Numbered from the stretch's first letter, positions 46,644 through 56,272 are shown. The stretch is 64,000 nucleotides of DNA from Candidatus Latescibacterota bacterium (GCA_963422735.1 OY730476.1:1632001-1696000); one strand, 5' to 3'. Numbers and translations: made by a program. Notes: generated by a model not told the origin, from the letters alone.

Positions 46644-47897
46644 TTAGCGCAATTGTCCCGCGCCGTCAAAAGCCATCTCGGCTAGTGCGCCGATTTGCTC
46701 TAAATCGGGATGGTCGCCGAACTCTCGCAGTAGGCTTGCGGATAGCTCGATGTGGCCGATGTCGAGGGTGTTTTTGATGCGGACGACGCGCGCCTGTTCG
46801 GAATTGGCGAGATTTTGCACCGACAGCGCGGCCTCAATGGCTGCGCGGTCGGTTTCCATGACGACAGGGATGTACGCGCGGTTGAGGAAGGTGGTGGTGA
46901 AGACGTTGGCGTACGTAGCCTTGAAGTCGATGCGCTCGTACAAACGGCGGGTGATGATGTCGGCGAGGCCGACGCCGTTGGCATTGCCGTGGGTTTCGTC
47001 GGTCAGGTCGAGAACCACGATGCGGGCCGAGCCCGGGGACTCCGGCTCTTTGACGCCGGGCAGGAGCATGCGGCCGACGACGTTGGTGTCCATACCTGTG
47101 CCCGAGATATTCTTGCCGATTTGTTCGATGATTAGCAGGTCGATACCTTGGACTAAGATGCGGGGCATGGTGCGCCGCGCTTTTTCCAAAAGCTGCGGCT
47201 CGCGGCTTGGGAACTGCCCGGGTTGAAGGGCTTCGACGCGGAGGGTCTCTTCATAGGCGTTTTCGACGATGGCCAACCCCATGAGAATCGGTGCTTTGTC
47301 GAGGATGCAGCGGCCCCAAGCCGGGATCAAGCGGGCGAGGCTCTCAGCACCCCCGGCATGGGCGATGGTCGCGCCTTTGTGGCTACCTAGGCCAATGGTC
47401 ATCATCTTCATCAGGCCGCTTTCAAAGGTGCCGCGAAAGGAGGTGTGCGGCTTGATGCGGTTGATGAGCACTACGCCATCGGCTTCGGTGGCGAGCCGGT
47501 TGAGCAGCACTGGGGTGCCGTCGTCGAGCTGGGCGACTTCGACGACGGCCATGGTCGCCTCAACCGGGCAACCCATGCTCTGGGCGTCGAGACCGTATCC
47601 GGCCAGTACCTGCTTTTGGCCTTCAGCTGTGGCTCCGCCGTGGCTGCCCATAGCCGGCAGCAGGAAGGGCGTGCCGCCGGCCTCTTTGACGCAGTCGATG
47701 ACGGTGCGGGTGATGAGCGGGATATTGGCGATGCCACGGCTGCCGCCCGCAACGGCAATCCGCGCACCGGGGGCGATGGCGTCGGCTAGGCCAGCGCGCG
47801 CTAGCTGGCGGCGGACCTCGCCGGCCACGTCGGCGAGCGAGTCGCTGGCAAAGTGCTGCTTGACGAGGGCCATTTGCGGTAGTTGCACGGCGGGCAC
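46644..47897 (-). CDS. LarA-like (lactate racemase N-domain / DUF2088-DUF362) protein
   Basis: GSRGIANI, PAMGSHGGATAEGQ, NRIKPHT.F, ESGLMKM, GKNISGTGMDTN. Confidence 0.85.
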   Translation of the reverse strand: MPAVQLPQMALVKQHFASDSLADVAGEVRRQLARAGLADAIAPGARIAVAGGSRGIANIPLITRTVIDCVKEAGGTPFLLPAMGSHGGATAEGQKQVLAGYGLDAQSMGCPVEATMAVVEVAQLDDGTPVLLNRLATEADGVVLINRIKPHTSFRGTFESGLMKMMTIGLGSHKGATIAHAGGAESLARLIPAWGRCILDKAPILMGLAIVENAYEETLRVEALQPGQFPSREPQLLEKARRTMPRILVQGIDLLIIEQIGKNISGTGMDTNVVGRMLLPGVKEPESPGSARIVVLDLTDETHGNANGVGLADIITRRLYERIDFKATYANVFTTTFLNRAYIPVVMETDRAAIEAALSVQNLANSEQARVVRIKNTLDIGHIELSASLLREFGDHPDLEQIGALAEMAFDGAGQLR

Positions 47898-47899
47898 CT

Positions 47900-48469
47900 C
47901 TATCCCTCGCCGACTAGGGCGGTGCGCAGGCGTTGGGCGCGCTCGCGGATCGGCCGGGCCGGTTTGGGCACCGGCTCAGCGGCCGGGGCAATTTTCCAGA
48001 TAAAGACGACCGGGCCTTGTTCCTCAAAGTGCTGGTCGAGCTTGGCGTCGAAGTCCTCGTCGGAGTCGATCGTATAAACGCGCTGAAGGCCGGCCCCACG
48101 ACAGATTTGCTCGTAGTCGATAAAAGCGGCACCGGGCACGGGCTGACTGCCGGTTACTTCATACGTGCCGTTTTCAGTGATGACGAGGGTTAGATTCGGG
48201 GTCGGGCGCTGAGCTAAGGTGACGAGGACGCCCAGCGACATGAGGGTGCTGCCGTCGCCGTTGAGGCACAAGATCCGCCGCTCGGGCCGGGCGATGGCCA
48301 AACCCAGCGCAAAGTCGGCGGCGTGGCCCATGGCGCTTTCGACGTGGGCAAAGTCTAGCGGGCCATCGGAGTGCGCGGCCCAAGGCATGGCCACGCTCAT
48401 GGTGGTGACTACAACTTCGTCCGTGCGTTTGGCGGCCAGTTTTTTGAGGCAGGTGTATTTGTCGAGCAT
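47900..48469 (-). CDS. TPP-dependent decarboxylase beta subunit (ComE / phosphonopyruvate decarboxylase-like)
   Basis: AMGHA, GLAIARP, TPP motif GDGSTLMSLG..ENGTY; start ATG 48469 just after the upstream stop. Confidence 0.85.
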   Translation of the reverse strand: MLDKYTCLKKLAAKRTDEVVVTTMSVAMPWAAHSDGPLDFAHVESAMGHAADFALGLAIARPERRILCLNGDGSTLMSLGVLVTLAQRPTPNLTLVITENGTYEVTGSQPVPGAAFIDYEQICRGAGLQRVYTIDSDEDFDAKLDQHFEEQGPVVFIWKIAPAAEPVPKPARPIRERAQRLRTALVGEG

Positions 48470-48470
48470 C

Positions 48471-48989
48471 TCACGCAGTCTCCGCGACGAGCAACACCGC
48501 AGTCGGCAGCGAGGTCTCTTGGGCCTTCGCGAAAGCGTCGTCGATCTGGCCGCTGTCGTCGTCTGTGTGCATGGCGGTGTAGGGAATGTTCCAAGCCTTG
48601 AGGGTCGGCTCAAAGAAGGTAGCGGCCGTATCGATCCGGGGGACACCTCCGGCCATGGTCGCGTAGCCGCGATAGCCGACGAGCATTACGAGGGGAATGC
48701 CCATGTTGTAGGCCGTGCCGCGGAAGGCGTCGCCAGCTTCTAAAAAGCCCGTGTTCTGGATCAGCACCAGCGGATGGGCACCGCCCAAGTACAGCCCGGA
48801 GGCCAGGCCATACGCCTCGCCCTCGCGGCTGGTGAGGATCACTTCGATGGTGTCGTGGTCCCACAGGCACTCGTACAGGGCGCACGAGCCGTTGTCTGGT
48901 ACTCCTAGCACATGCGTGACGCCGTGCCGTTCGAGGGCGGCGATGATCTGGGCGGCGCTGATCACGGGCTTACTCGGCGAAGATCGCAC
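48471..48989 (-). CDS. TPP-dependent decarboxylase alpha subunit (ComD-like)
   Basis: GVPD, SREGEA.GLASG, LIQNTG, IPLVMLVGYRG. Confidence 0.85.
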   Translation of the reverse strand: MRSSPSKPVISAAQIIAALERHGVTHVLGVPDNGSCALYECLWDHDTIEVILTSREGEAYGLASGLYLGGAHPLVLIQNTGFLEAGDAFRGTAYNMGIPLVMLVGYRGYATMAGGVPRIDTAATFFEPTLKAWNIPYTAMHTDDDSGQIDDAFAKAQETSLPTAVLLVAETA

Positions 48990-50166
48990 GGGTGGAGGTA
49001 CCGCTCTGATGACCTTGCTGCTGGATGCCGCCGATAAACTGGGCGGTGCGGCCAGCCGGTGCGGTGCCTGCGTAGTACGCGCTGAAGGACTCGTTGAAGG
49101 TGGCTATCGCGGCGCGATTCTGCGCAGAGTTGGGACCGGCGACGATGTAGGCGTTGTTGAAGACGCCGTCCTCTTTGAGACCCACGCCTCCGGCTTCCTT
49201 GATCCGGGCGTCAAGCGTATCGAGCTGCTGGCCGGCGTCGCTGCCCCCAACGGCCGAAACGTGGACTTCGCGCACACCGTGATGGCACAAGCCCGCCCAA
49301 GTTGAGAAGCCGTCCTCGATTTGCCCCGAGCGCACGATTTCGACTTCGCCGGAGACCACGCGCGGCTGTGGCTCGATGATGCCGTCGAGATTGGGTATCC
49401 GCGACACCGGGTAAATCAGGCCGGCGGGGCGGTCGTCGCCGTAGTAATCTGCAAAGACTTGGCGGGTGGTCTCGATGCGTTCCCAGGCTTTGTCCGGAGC
49501 GTCGTCCACGGCCACGAGAATCTCCATGAATACGGTCTGCTTTTTGAAGTCAACGCCTTGTTCGGCAAAAGGCTTGGCGTATTGCTCTTCGAGGATGAAG
49601 CGCATTTCTTCGGCCAAGTCGTCGCCGAGCGTGGTGATCATTTCGCCGTCCCGCTCGTGCATGACCGAAGCACCCGAGGGTTGGTGATCCACCCAAGTGC
49701 CGTAGTCGATCTGGCCGCTGCTGATGGAGACGGTCTCGCCTGCACAGGCCTTGATCTGGACCTCGAAGAGAGCCGCTGGGTCTGGGAAACCCTCCGGGTG
49801 GGTGAAGCGAGCCATGCGGTTGGAGCGCAAGGAGCCGCCGGTGACGGCTGCGATCATGGCCCCGTAGCAGGCGTTGAAGTCGTTTTTGCGCTGGTCGCAC
49901 TCGTCGCGGTCGGCAGAAGGAGTGGTCCACAAGACATCGGTTTTGTACACGTCCGACCAATGGACGCCGCAAATTTCGAGGCCCTTGTTGAGGTTTTCGA
50001 TGGTGCCGAACCACTCCGAGCCGACGTCGTTGGCGTATTGAGTGCCGACGTTGCCCGAAGGCTCGACTAGGCGCACGACGTGGCCGTTGTCGTCGGTGAT
50101 GAGCACTTCAGTGGGGTTGGAAAAGATGGCGATGGGGTTGTGGCGGACGATATTGACTTGGGCCAT
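48970..50166 (-). CDS. Protein with three tandem Rid/YjgF-like domains
   Basis: Three units of about 130 aa with Rid-like pattern: SGNVG..TIENL..G..WSDVYKT..FNACY..R..LFEVQ; VFADYYGDDRPA..IIEPQ; FNESFSAYYAGTAPAGR; GAGGAG RBS. Confidence 0.6.
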   Translation of the reverse strand: MAQVNIVRHNPIAIFSNPTEVLITDDNGHVVRLVEPSGNVGTQYANDVGSEWFGTIENLNKGLEICGVHWSDVYKTDVLWTTPSADRDECDQRKNDFNACYGAMIAAVTGGSLRSNRMARFTHPEGFPDPAALFEVQIKACAGETVSISSGQIDYGTWVDHQPSGASVMHERDGEMITTLGDDLAEEMRFILEEQYAKPFAEQGVDFKKQTVFMEILVAVDDAPDKAWERIETTRQVFADYYGDDRPAGLIYPVSRIPNLDGIIEPQPRVVSGEVEIVRSGQIEDGFSTWAGLCHHGVREVHVSAVGGSDAGQQLDTLDARIKEAGGVGLKEDGVFNNAYIVAGPNSAQNRAAIATFNESFSAYYAGTAPAGRTAQFIGGIQQQGHQSGTSTRAIFAE

Positions 50167-50256
50167 GAGCTCCTCGGTTGATTTTGTGAAGGGTTGCCGC
50201 GAATTATACTACAAAAAGTACGCGGTCTGCCGACGATAGACAATAGGGAGGGGCAG

Positions 50257-50937
50257 ATGTCCACCTGCGTTGTACTCTTTGCCAAAGAACCAGCCCCCGG
50301 AGCGGTCAAAACCCGGCTTCAGAGCCATTTGAGTGCCCCCGAGGCTGCACGCCTGTACGAGGCCCTGCTGCTCGATTGCGCCACGGCACTACACGAGACA
50401 AAGGCCGCTGCCAAGGTCGTGGCCTTTGCCCCGGCCAATGCCAAAGACGCCCTGCGCACCCTGCTAGCCCCGATAGGCGTCTTCGAGTACGTGCCGCAGA
50501 TAGAAGCCGATCTAGGGCAGAGAATGGAAGCCCTGATGCAGTGGGCCTTTGCGCGGGGGGCCGAGCGGGTGGTCCTCGTCGGCTCGGACAGTCCTTCTCT
50601 ACCGGCCGCGCATATTGACGAAGGGCTGGCGCTCTTGCGCGAAAAGGAAGTGGTCTTAGGCCCGAGCACGGACGGGGGCTACTACTTGGTGGGCAGAAGA
50701 GAAGGGAAAAGCCGGATATTCCAAGACGTGGCTTGGAGCACCGGAATGGTGCTTGAGCAGACCCTAGCGCACTTGGGAAAGCAAACCCTCGGCCTGCTGC
50801 CGCCTTGGTACGATGTGGATACGCCGGCCGAAGCCGGATTCCTAAAGGTACATCTCGAAGCCTTGGCGCGGGCGGGTAGTACCCAAGGGCGGCACAGCTT
50901 GGCCGTGCTGCGCGACCTCGCACTGCCGCTGCCCTAG
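50257..50937 (+). CDS. DUF2064/TIGR04282-type nucleotidyl/glycosyltransferase-like protein
   Basis: FAKEPAPGAVKTRL, DLGQRM, VGSDSP, VLGPSTDGGYYLVG, DVDT. Confidence 0.88.
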   Translation: MSTCVVLFAKEPAPGAVKTRLQSHLSAPEAARLYEALLLDCATALHETKAAAKVVAFAPANAKDALRTLLAPIGVFEYVPQIEADLGQRMEALMQWAFARGAERVVLVGSDSPSLPAAHIDEGLALLREKEVVLGPSTDGGYYLVGRREGKSRIFQDVAWSTGMVLEQTLAHLGKQTLGLLPPWYDVDTPAEAGFLKVHLEALARAGSTQGRHSLAVLRDLALPLP

Positions 50938-51470
50938 CGGTCGGCTTCCCTGCGGAACAAGGCTTCCCAGTGATCTAGGTCGTCCGGGCCGAGGGACGGG
51001 TGGGGTTCCGTGCCGTCGCGGGCGGGTGCCGTCGCGGACGCGCTCGGGGCCTGGACGGGTTCGGTGAGTTCGTCGAGAAAATCCTCGGAACGGGTCGAGC
51101 GGATCTTGTGGCGCACGGCGCAGCGCTGGATTGCGCGGTCGGAGCTGATGACCCGCAGCCACTTGGCACCGTGCTTTTTCGCGAGGGCCCGTGCGATCAG
51201 GTCATCGGCCTGCTGAGGGTAGCGCGAGAATTCTATGGTGACGTATGGGCCGCTCGCGTTCGCCGCGCTCGGTGCTGCGCCGGTGCCGTCGTAGTACAGG
51301 GTAATGTGCTTGTCGGCGCGGCGGCCGTAGGCAGCGAGTGCCTGCTGCAAGCGGTGGCGTGCTCGTTGCAGCGTGTCGCCTCGGCCTTGGAAGAGCTGGC
51401 TCGATTTGATGAGGTTGTAGCCGTCTATGAGTAAGTGCTCTCTCTTGGTGTCCACCGCTGCCGTCCTCAC
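50934..51470 (-). CDS. NYN-domain (YacP/Rae1-like) protein
   Basis: LIDGYNL, YYDG, ADDLI, VISSDRAI. Confidence 0.85.
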   Translation of the reverse strand: MRTAAVDTKREHLLIDGYNLIKSSQLFQGRGDTLQRARHRLQQALAAYGRRADKHITLYYDGTGAAPSAANASGPYVTIEFSRYPQQADDLIARALAKKHGAKWLRVISSDRAIQRCAVRHKIRSTRSEDFLDELTEPVQAPSASATAPARDGTEPHPSLGPDDLDHWEALFRREADR

Positions 51471-53314
51471 ACGAGCTGGATGCCTTGGGCGTTGAGCTGA
51501 TAGGAGACTACGCTGCTTTTGGCAAAGGCCGCGTGTTGGCGTAGCTTGTCGAGCCTTGCGCGCAACGCGGTCGCTTTCCCTTCCGCAGCGATGAGGAGGG
51601 CGAAGCCGCCGCCGCCGGCCCCGGTGATAAGCCCGCCCTCGGTCAGGTCGGTGATCTGCGGATTCTCGAAAAGGTGTTGCAAGGCGTCGTTGGTGGCCTG
51701 GGGGTCGAGGATGCAGCGCAACTGCCAGTAGCGGTCGGCCAGCCGCCCAAGATCGGCGTACGCGCTCGCGCGCAGCGCAGCCACCATTTCGTCGTGAATG
51801 GCCAGCGACTCGCGGATGGCCGCGTAGCGCTGGCCATCCCGCGACAGATAGGCGTCAAGAACGACGTTGAGGCCGCGAGTCGCCGAGCGCGAGATCCCCG
51901 TGTCGAAGAGCACGACTCGCTCGGTGAACAAGCTCGCGTCCACCTCGGTGAGGAATGTGCATTCGGGCGCGGGTAGGCCGTTGGTCGGCGGCGCGTAGAA
52001 GTTCTTGATGGCCGAGGGGCCGCCACTGGCGCCGCGCGCATCCTGCCAACCGCTGTTGAGGCCGAGGCTTTGCTCGAGCATGAGGCTGTGGTCGTAGAGG
52101 CTAGGGTACTCACATGCGGGCGCGGCGTAGGGGTGCCCGGAGAGGTGGTAGAGCATTTTGAGGATGGCGGCGGACAAGATGCCGCTGGTCCCCAAGCCGG
52201 ACCCTTGTAGCACCTTACTACGGGTGGTGATTTCCAAGCCGCCGCCGTCGGTAAAGGCAGCGATGTCTTCGATGACATCTGTGGAGTTCGGCCGGACGAT
52301 GCCCGCGTGTACCAGCCCTTGTTTGACCAACCGCAGGGCTTCGTCGCCGCTGCGGCGGTAGGCAAAGAACAGCTCGCTGGCGGTCGCGGCCGAGCTGTGT
52401 TTGCTGGCCTCAAAGTCGGCCTTGAAGCCCATAGAGCGAGAGCGGAGGACGAGCTGGGGTTCGGCGAGCCTCCGTGCGGAGACTTCCAACGGTGGTTGGG
52501 CGCACTCTTCCCGGCCCTGTTGCAGATTGATAGCGATGTTGAGCGTCTTGCCGCCCTGTTCCTTGCTGCGCAGGTGATTGTCCGAGGCATTGGCACTGGA
52601 GATGCCCAAGCGCAGGGGCGATTGGATGCAAAAGGCTTGCTCGTAAGCTGATTCGATCATCCTCGGCTCGGCCGTGTAGCCCTTGTCGAGGGCGGCCAAG
52701 CTGCGCCGCAGGTCCATGCTCTGTAGCTGATTGATCCGCGCCTCGTAGGCCGCGGCCAGTTTGTCGATGTGCTTGGCTTCTTTGAGCTCGACGATGTCTT
52801 GGTCGTCAATGCAACAGGGTGGCAGCGAGCGCCGTCGCCAAGCTCGCGGCTCGGCGGCGAGCGTTCGGTAGATGTCGGCCATGATGCGGGCGACGCGCAT
52901 GCCGCGCAGGCAGCGGACCGAGAGATCGCATTCTTCTAGATAGGTATTGAGGCGTTTGAGCACTTGCAAGAGCGTCTTGGAGGATTGGGGGGGCAAAAAC
53001 TGCAGCAGTTGGCGGTGGTCGAGATCGACCAAGCCATCGACCAAATCGACGATTAATTGCGGTAGCTGTTTGGCGACTGCATCGCCGAAGAGCGCGTTCC
53101 ACTCGCGGGGCGTGGTTGAAGCGAGGAGCACGTCAATGGCCGCGGGGGTATCTAGGCGGGACAAAAGCGCCCGATTGAAGAGCAGGTAGCGGAGGAAGCG
53201 GTGCTTTTCTTCGGGCTTGCCGCCGGACCGCGCCGCGTCGAGGATGTGATCGACGAGCGATTGGACTTCGCGCAAATCAGCGGCTTGTTCGAGGCGTGCA
53301 AGGAATGCTTCCAT
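51467..53314 (-). CDS. GHMP-family kinase, fucokinase-like, with helical N-terminal extension
   Basis: SPLRL, GSGLGTSGIL, EQ..SGWQD, GAGGGGF. Confidence 0.75.
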   Translation of the reverse strand: MEAFLARLEQAADLREVQSLVDHILDAARSGGKPEEKHRFLRYLLFNRALLSRLDTPAAIDVLLASTTPREWNALFGDAVAKQLPQLIVDLVDGLVDLDHRQLLQFLPPQSSKTLLQVLKRLNTYLEECDLSVRCLRGMRVARIMADIYRTLAAEPRAWRRRSLPPCCIDDQDIVELKEAKHIDKLAAAYEARINQLQSMDLRRSLAALDKGYTAEPRMIESAYEQAFCIQSPLRLGISSANASDNHLRSKEQGGKTLNIAINLQQGREECAQPPLEVSARRLAEPQLVLRSRSMGFKADFEASKHSSAATASELFFAYRRSGDEALRLVKQGLVHAGIVRPNSTDVIEDIAAFTDGGGLEITTRSKVLQGSGLGTSGILSAAILKMLYHLSGHPYAAPACEYPSLYDHSLMLEQSLGLNSGWQDARGASGGPSAIKNFYAPPTNGLPAPECTFLTEVDASLFTERVVLFDTGISRSATRGLNVVLDAYLSRDGQRYAAIRESLAIHDEMVAALRASAYADLGRLADRYWQLRCILDPQATNDALQHLFENPQITDLTEGGLITGAGGGGFALLIAAEGKATALRARLDKLRQHAAFAKSSVVSYQLNAQGIQLV

Positions 53315-53383
53315 GTGCGTCCTCAACGGGCGAGGGTGCGCTGCAATTGGCGAAAATTATACGCAAAAAACGCGCACCGCGCA

Positions 53384-54004
53384 TCAGCGGAGGTCGGCAT
53401 CGCGCATTAGCTCGCCGGCTTCCACGGCAAAATCGAGGTAGTTTTGTCGCGGGGGCAGCGGGCAAATATAGGTGGGATTGTACGCGCAGTATGGATTGTA
53501 AGCATTATTGAAATCAATGACATACATGCCATCGTCCTCCCGCGTCAGACGCGCGTAGCGCCCGCCCCCATACGTGGTGTGGCCATTGGTCAGATCCTTG
53601 AAGAAAACTTCTGCTTCGCCGGTTTGCGGGCTGCGGTACACCTCTAGCCAAAAATTCTTTTCGCCAAAGGCCGAAACAAAGCGCCCAAATCGTTCGAGCT
53701 CGGTGGTGGTGCCATCGGTATTGGGGATTTCGACGATGCGCTGGCGGCCATAGATGTGCAGTTCGCCCCTCAGGCGATAGCCGAGGTCGATGGGATAGTA
53801 CGCAAGCCGCTCAAAGTGGGCGCGCTGCGCTGGCAGCAGCGGCGAATCCTCGCTTTTGAGCAGGCTATCTTTGGCGGCGCGGAGCACTTCGATCTGGGCG
53901 CGGATGGAGTCGTCGGCTGAGGCGGACCCAAAGGACAGGCCTAGATAGCAGGCGATGGCGTAGAGCAGGCTTTTGCGCTTTGCAATGAATAGGCTTGCAA
54001 GCAT
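53384..54004 (-). CDS. DUF1684-family exported protein
   Basis: [37 protein letters not shown]. Confidence 0.9.
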   Translation of the reverse strand: MLASLFIAKRKSLLYAIACYLGLSFGSASADDSIRAQIEVLRAAKDSLLKSEDSPLLPAQRAHFERLAYYPIDLGYRLRGELHIYGRQRIVEIPNTDGTTTELERFGRFVSAFGEKNFWLEVYRSPQTGEAEVFFKDLTNGHTTYGGGRYARLTREDDGMYVIDFNNAYNPYCAYNPTYICPLPPRQNYLDFAVEAGELMRDADLR

Positions 54005-54136
54005 GACAAATTCTCCTATCGGTCTATTTTAGAATCAATTTGCTGCCACATCAAATGGCCTGCTCGACGGGCCGTTCCTCCTTGTCCCCCTCCTCCGGCC
54101 GCCATACATTTCTGCGACAAACAGGAGGAAAAATCC

Positions 54137-54775
54137 ATGCGTTTGCAAGCTCGCATTGCCGTTGTTACCGGAGGGAGCTCGGGCATTGGGCGGGGTATTG
54201 GTCTTGAACTGGCCCGCGAAGGGGCCAAGGTAGTAGTGGCCGATATGCAGGAAGCACCCAAGATCGGCAAGTTTCACGAGACCGAGCCGCGGCTACCCAC
54301 GGCAGAGGTTATTGCCGGGGAGGGCGGCGAGGCACTCTTCGTCGAGACCGATGTGACTGACGAAAAGGCGGTGGAAAACCTAATCGCCCGCAGTGCCGAG
54401 CGCTTTGGCGGGGTAGATATTCTAGTCAACAACGCCGGGATCACGATACAGGGAGACAGCCAGGAGCTATCCGTCGAGGCGTGGGACCGGGTCGTGGGCG
54501 CCAATCTGCGCTCGATTTTCCTCACGACCAAATTTGCAGCACCCTATCTGAGAAAATCTGCGGCCGGACGCATCGTCAACATTGCCTCGGTCCACGCTTT
54601 CGGCGGCGGTCCGGCCTATGCGCCGACGAACGCGCGATTCGGCGTTGGAACTAGCCGGGGACAACGTCGCAGTCAACGCGGTGTGCCCAGGCTATATCGA
54701 GACGCCGATCCAAGACTGTTTGACCCCGGAGCTCATCGAGCAATGCCGGCGGGATACGCCCTTGCCGCGATTGGG
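54137..54775 (+). pseudogene. SDR oxidoreductase, frameshifted and truncated
   Basis: [20 protein letters not shown]; YAPT lacks the catalytic Lys; continues in another frame [33 protein letters not shown], then breaks. Confidence 0.85.
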
Positions 54776-54961
54776 ATCGATCTGGCCGAGATGGTGGGGG
54801 CGGCTCTGGGGGTGATGGATCGCGATGCCAAGAAGATGCGCGGCGAGGGGCCGACGGTTTTCGCTTGTATCAAGGATAAAGTGGGGCTATAGGCGATTGT
54901 CGAGCACATTCTCAAGGCGAGGGAGAGGGCACTGCTGACAGAAGCTGCTAAAGAAAGATGA
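54776..54961 (+). pseudogene. ureG: C-terminal remnant of urease accessory GTPase UreG
   Basis: [47 protein letters not shown] resembles the UreG tail (KxDLAxxVGAxLxVMxRDAxxMR); internal TAG at 54890-54892. Confidence 0.75.
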
Positions 54962-54994
54962 GCATGATGAAGGGACAATGATCACGGGTTGTCT

Positions 54995-55130
54995 AAGAAG
55001 CTGTCTTAAACCCCCATCGGGTCGCCTCCGCAGGGGCAAGCAGCAGCCTTTACATGGAGCGTTTTTCATCTGGCGAGACGCTTTTTTTCTTCGCGCAAAG
55101 GGCGGCACAAGGCATTTTAAAACAGCTCTT
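54995..55130. mobile_element. MITE-like element with imperfect terminal inverted repeats
   Basis: AGCTGTCTTAAA (54999-55010) / TTTAAAACAGCT (55116-55127), 11/12 match, flanked by AAG / CTT; no internal ORF. Confidence 0.5.
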
Positions 55131-55189
55131 CAGTGACTTTCATATCCGTTCCACCTACCTAGTTTCCTAAAAATCAGCTCGCTTCTGTT

Positions 55190-56272
55190 TCAATTGCGCT
55201 CGGCAACGCCTCCCTTGCGCCCCCGCAACGTCCCACTCCCCACCATCGCGATCTCCAGCGCTCTCAGCCCATCGCGGTGATCAACGGCAAATGCCGCTCC
55301 AGCGCGACACTGATCGATATAGTGGGCCACCTCGGCCTTGTACGCCGGCCCGAAGCGCTCTATAAAAAACGGCACTTCTACTCCGTAATCGCGCAGGGCG
55401 AATTCCCGCCGCTCGATTAAGCCCCGCCGCCCAAAGGCCTCCGCTTCCACCAAGAGCGGGTCGGCACCAAAGGCCCCCACATGCACCAGCCCCTCCGTCC
55501 CATAGACCCAAGTCTCGTTGCGATACCCGGCCACGTGGTTGCGGCTTACCGTCACTTGGCCGATCAGATTCTTGGGAAAGTACATCTGCAAGAGGGCATC
55601 GTCGAAATCCTCTTTGACGTCCGTGTGCTGCTGGTTGTAAAGCAGGCTGCCAAAGCCAGCCAGCCGCTCGGGCTGCTGCCCGCCGAGCCAGAGAATCTCG
55701 TCGATGTTGTGGACCGCCATATCCGAGAGTAGGCCGGAGCTATTGTACCCGTCGGGCGGTGACACCGGATCTTCGAGGATCGAGACGATCTTGAACGGCG
55801 CGCCGATAGCCCCTCGATCCAACAGGGCTTTGGCCCACAACAGCGGAGCGGCGAAGCGGCGCATAAAAGCCTGCATCAGCGCCGTGCGGCGAAAGGCGTC
55901 GGCGTCTAGATAGGCGGCGAACTCCCGCGCTGTGGCTAAAGAGTGCGTCAGCGGCTTTTCCATCAGGACGCGCCAGCCCGCGTCGATCAAGGTCTGGGCA
56001 TCGCGGTAGTGGTTTTCAGTGCGCGAGGCAATGAATGCACCGTCGGCGGCACTAGCGGCGACTAATTCTTCTACGTCTTGGAAAACACTAATAGCCGTTT
56101 CTTGGCCGACCTGTAGCTGAGCCGCAACCTCGGAGGCCAAGTTGCCGTAGCCTTCTACTACGGCTGTCAACGCGCAATCGCTCCGCTCGCTGGCCAGCTC
56201 TTGGACGTGGCGGGCGTGAAATGCGCCAATCCGGCCGACGCCTACGACCGCTATTCTAAAACGTTCCGCCAT
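55190..56272 (-). CDS. Gfo/Idh/MocA oxidoreductase, inositol 2-dehydrogenase-like
   Basis: VGVGRIG, MEKP, FMRRF, SGLLSDMAVHNID, ERFGPAY. Confidence 0.85.
   Translation of the reverse strand: MAERFRIAVVGVGRIGAFHARHVQELASERSDCALTAVVEGYGNLASEVAAQLQVGQETAISVFQDVEELVAASAADGAFIASRTENHYRDAQTLIDAGWRVLMEKPLTHSLATAREFAAYLDADAFRRTALMQAFMRRFAAPLLWAKALLDRGAIGAPFKIVSILEDPVSPPDGYNSSGLLSDMAVHNIDEILWLGGQQPERLAGFGSLLYNQQHTDVKEDFDDALLQMYFPKNLIGQVTVSRNHVAGYRNETWVYGTEGLVHVGAFGADPLLVEAEAFGRRGLIERREFALRDYGVEVPFFIERFGPAYKAEVAHYIDQCRAGAAFAVDHRDGLRALEIAMVGSGTLRGRKGGVAERN

Noticed and set aside
48470-48646. N-terminal extension of the TPP beta subunit
   Set aside because: It overlaps the alpha-subunit gene; the coupled start at 48469 is more plausible
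50257-50937. Arsenosugar biosynthesis cluster
   Set aside because: No arsS radical SAM or arsM neighbour; the family is widespread
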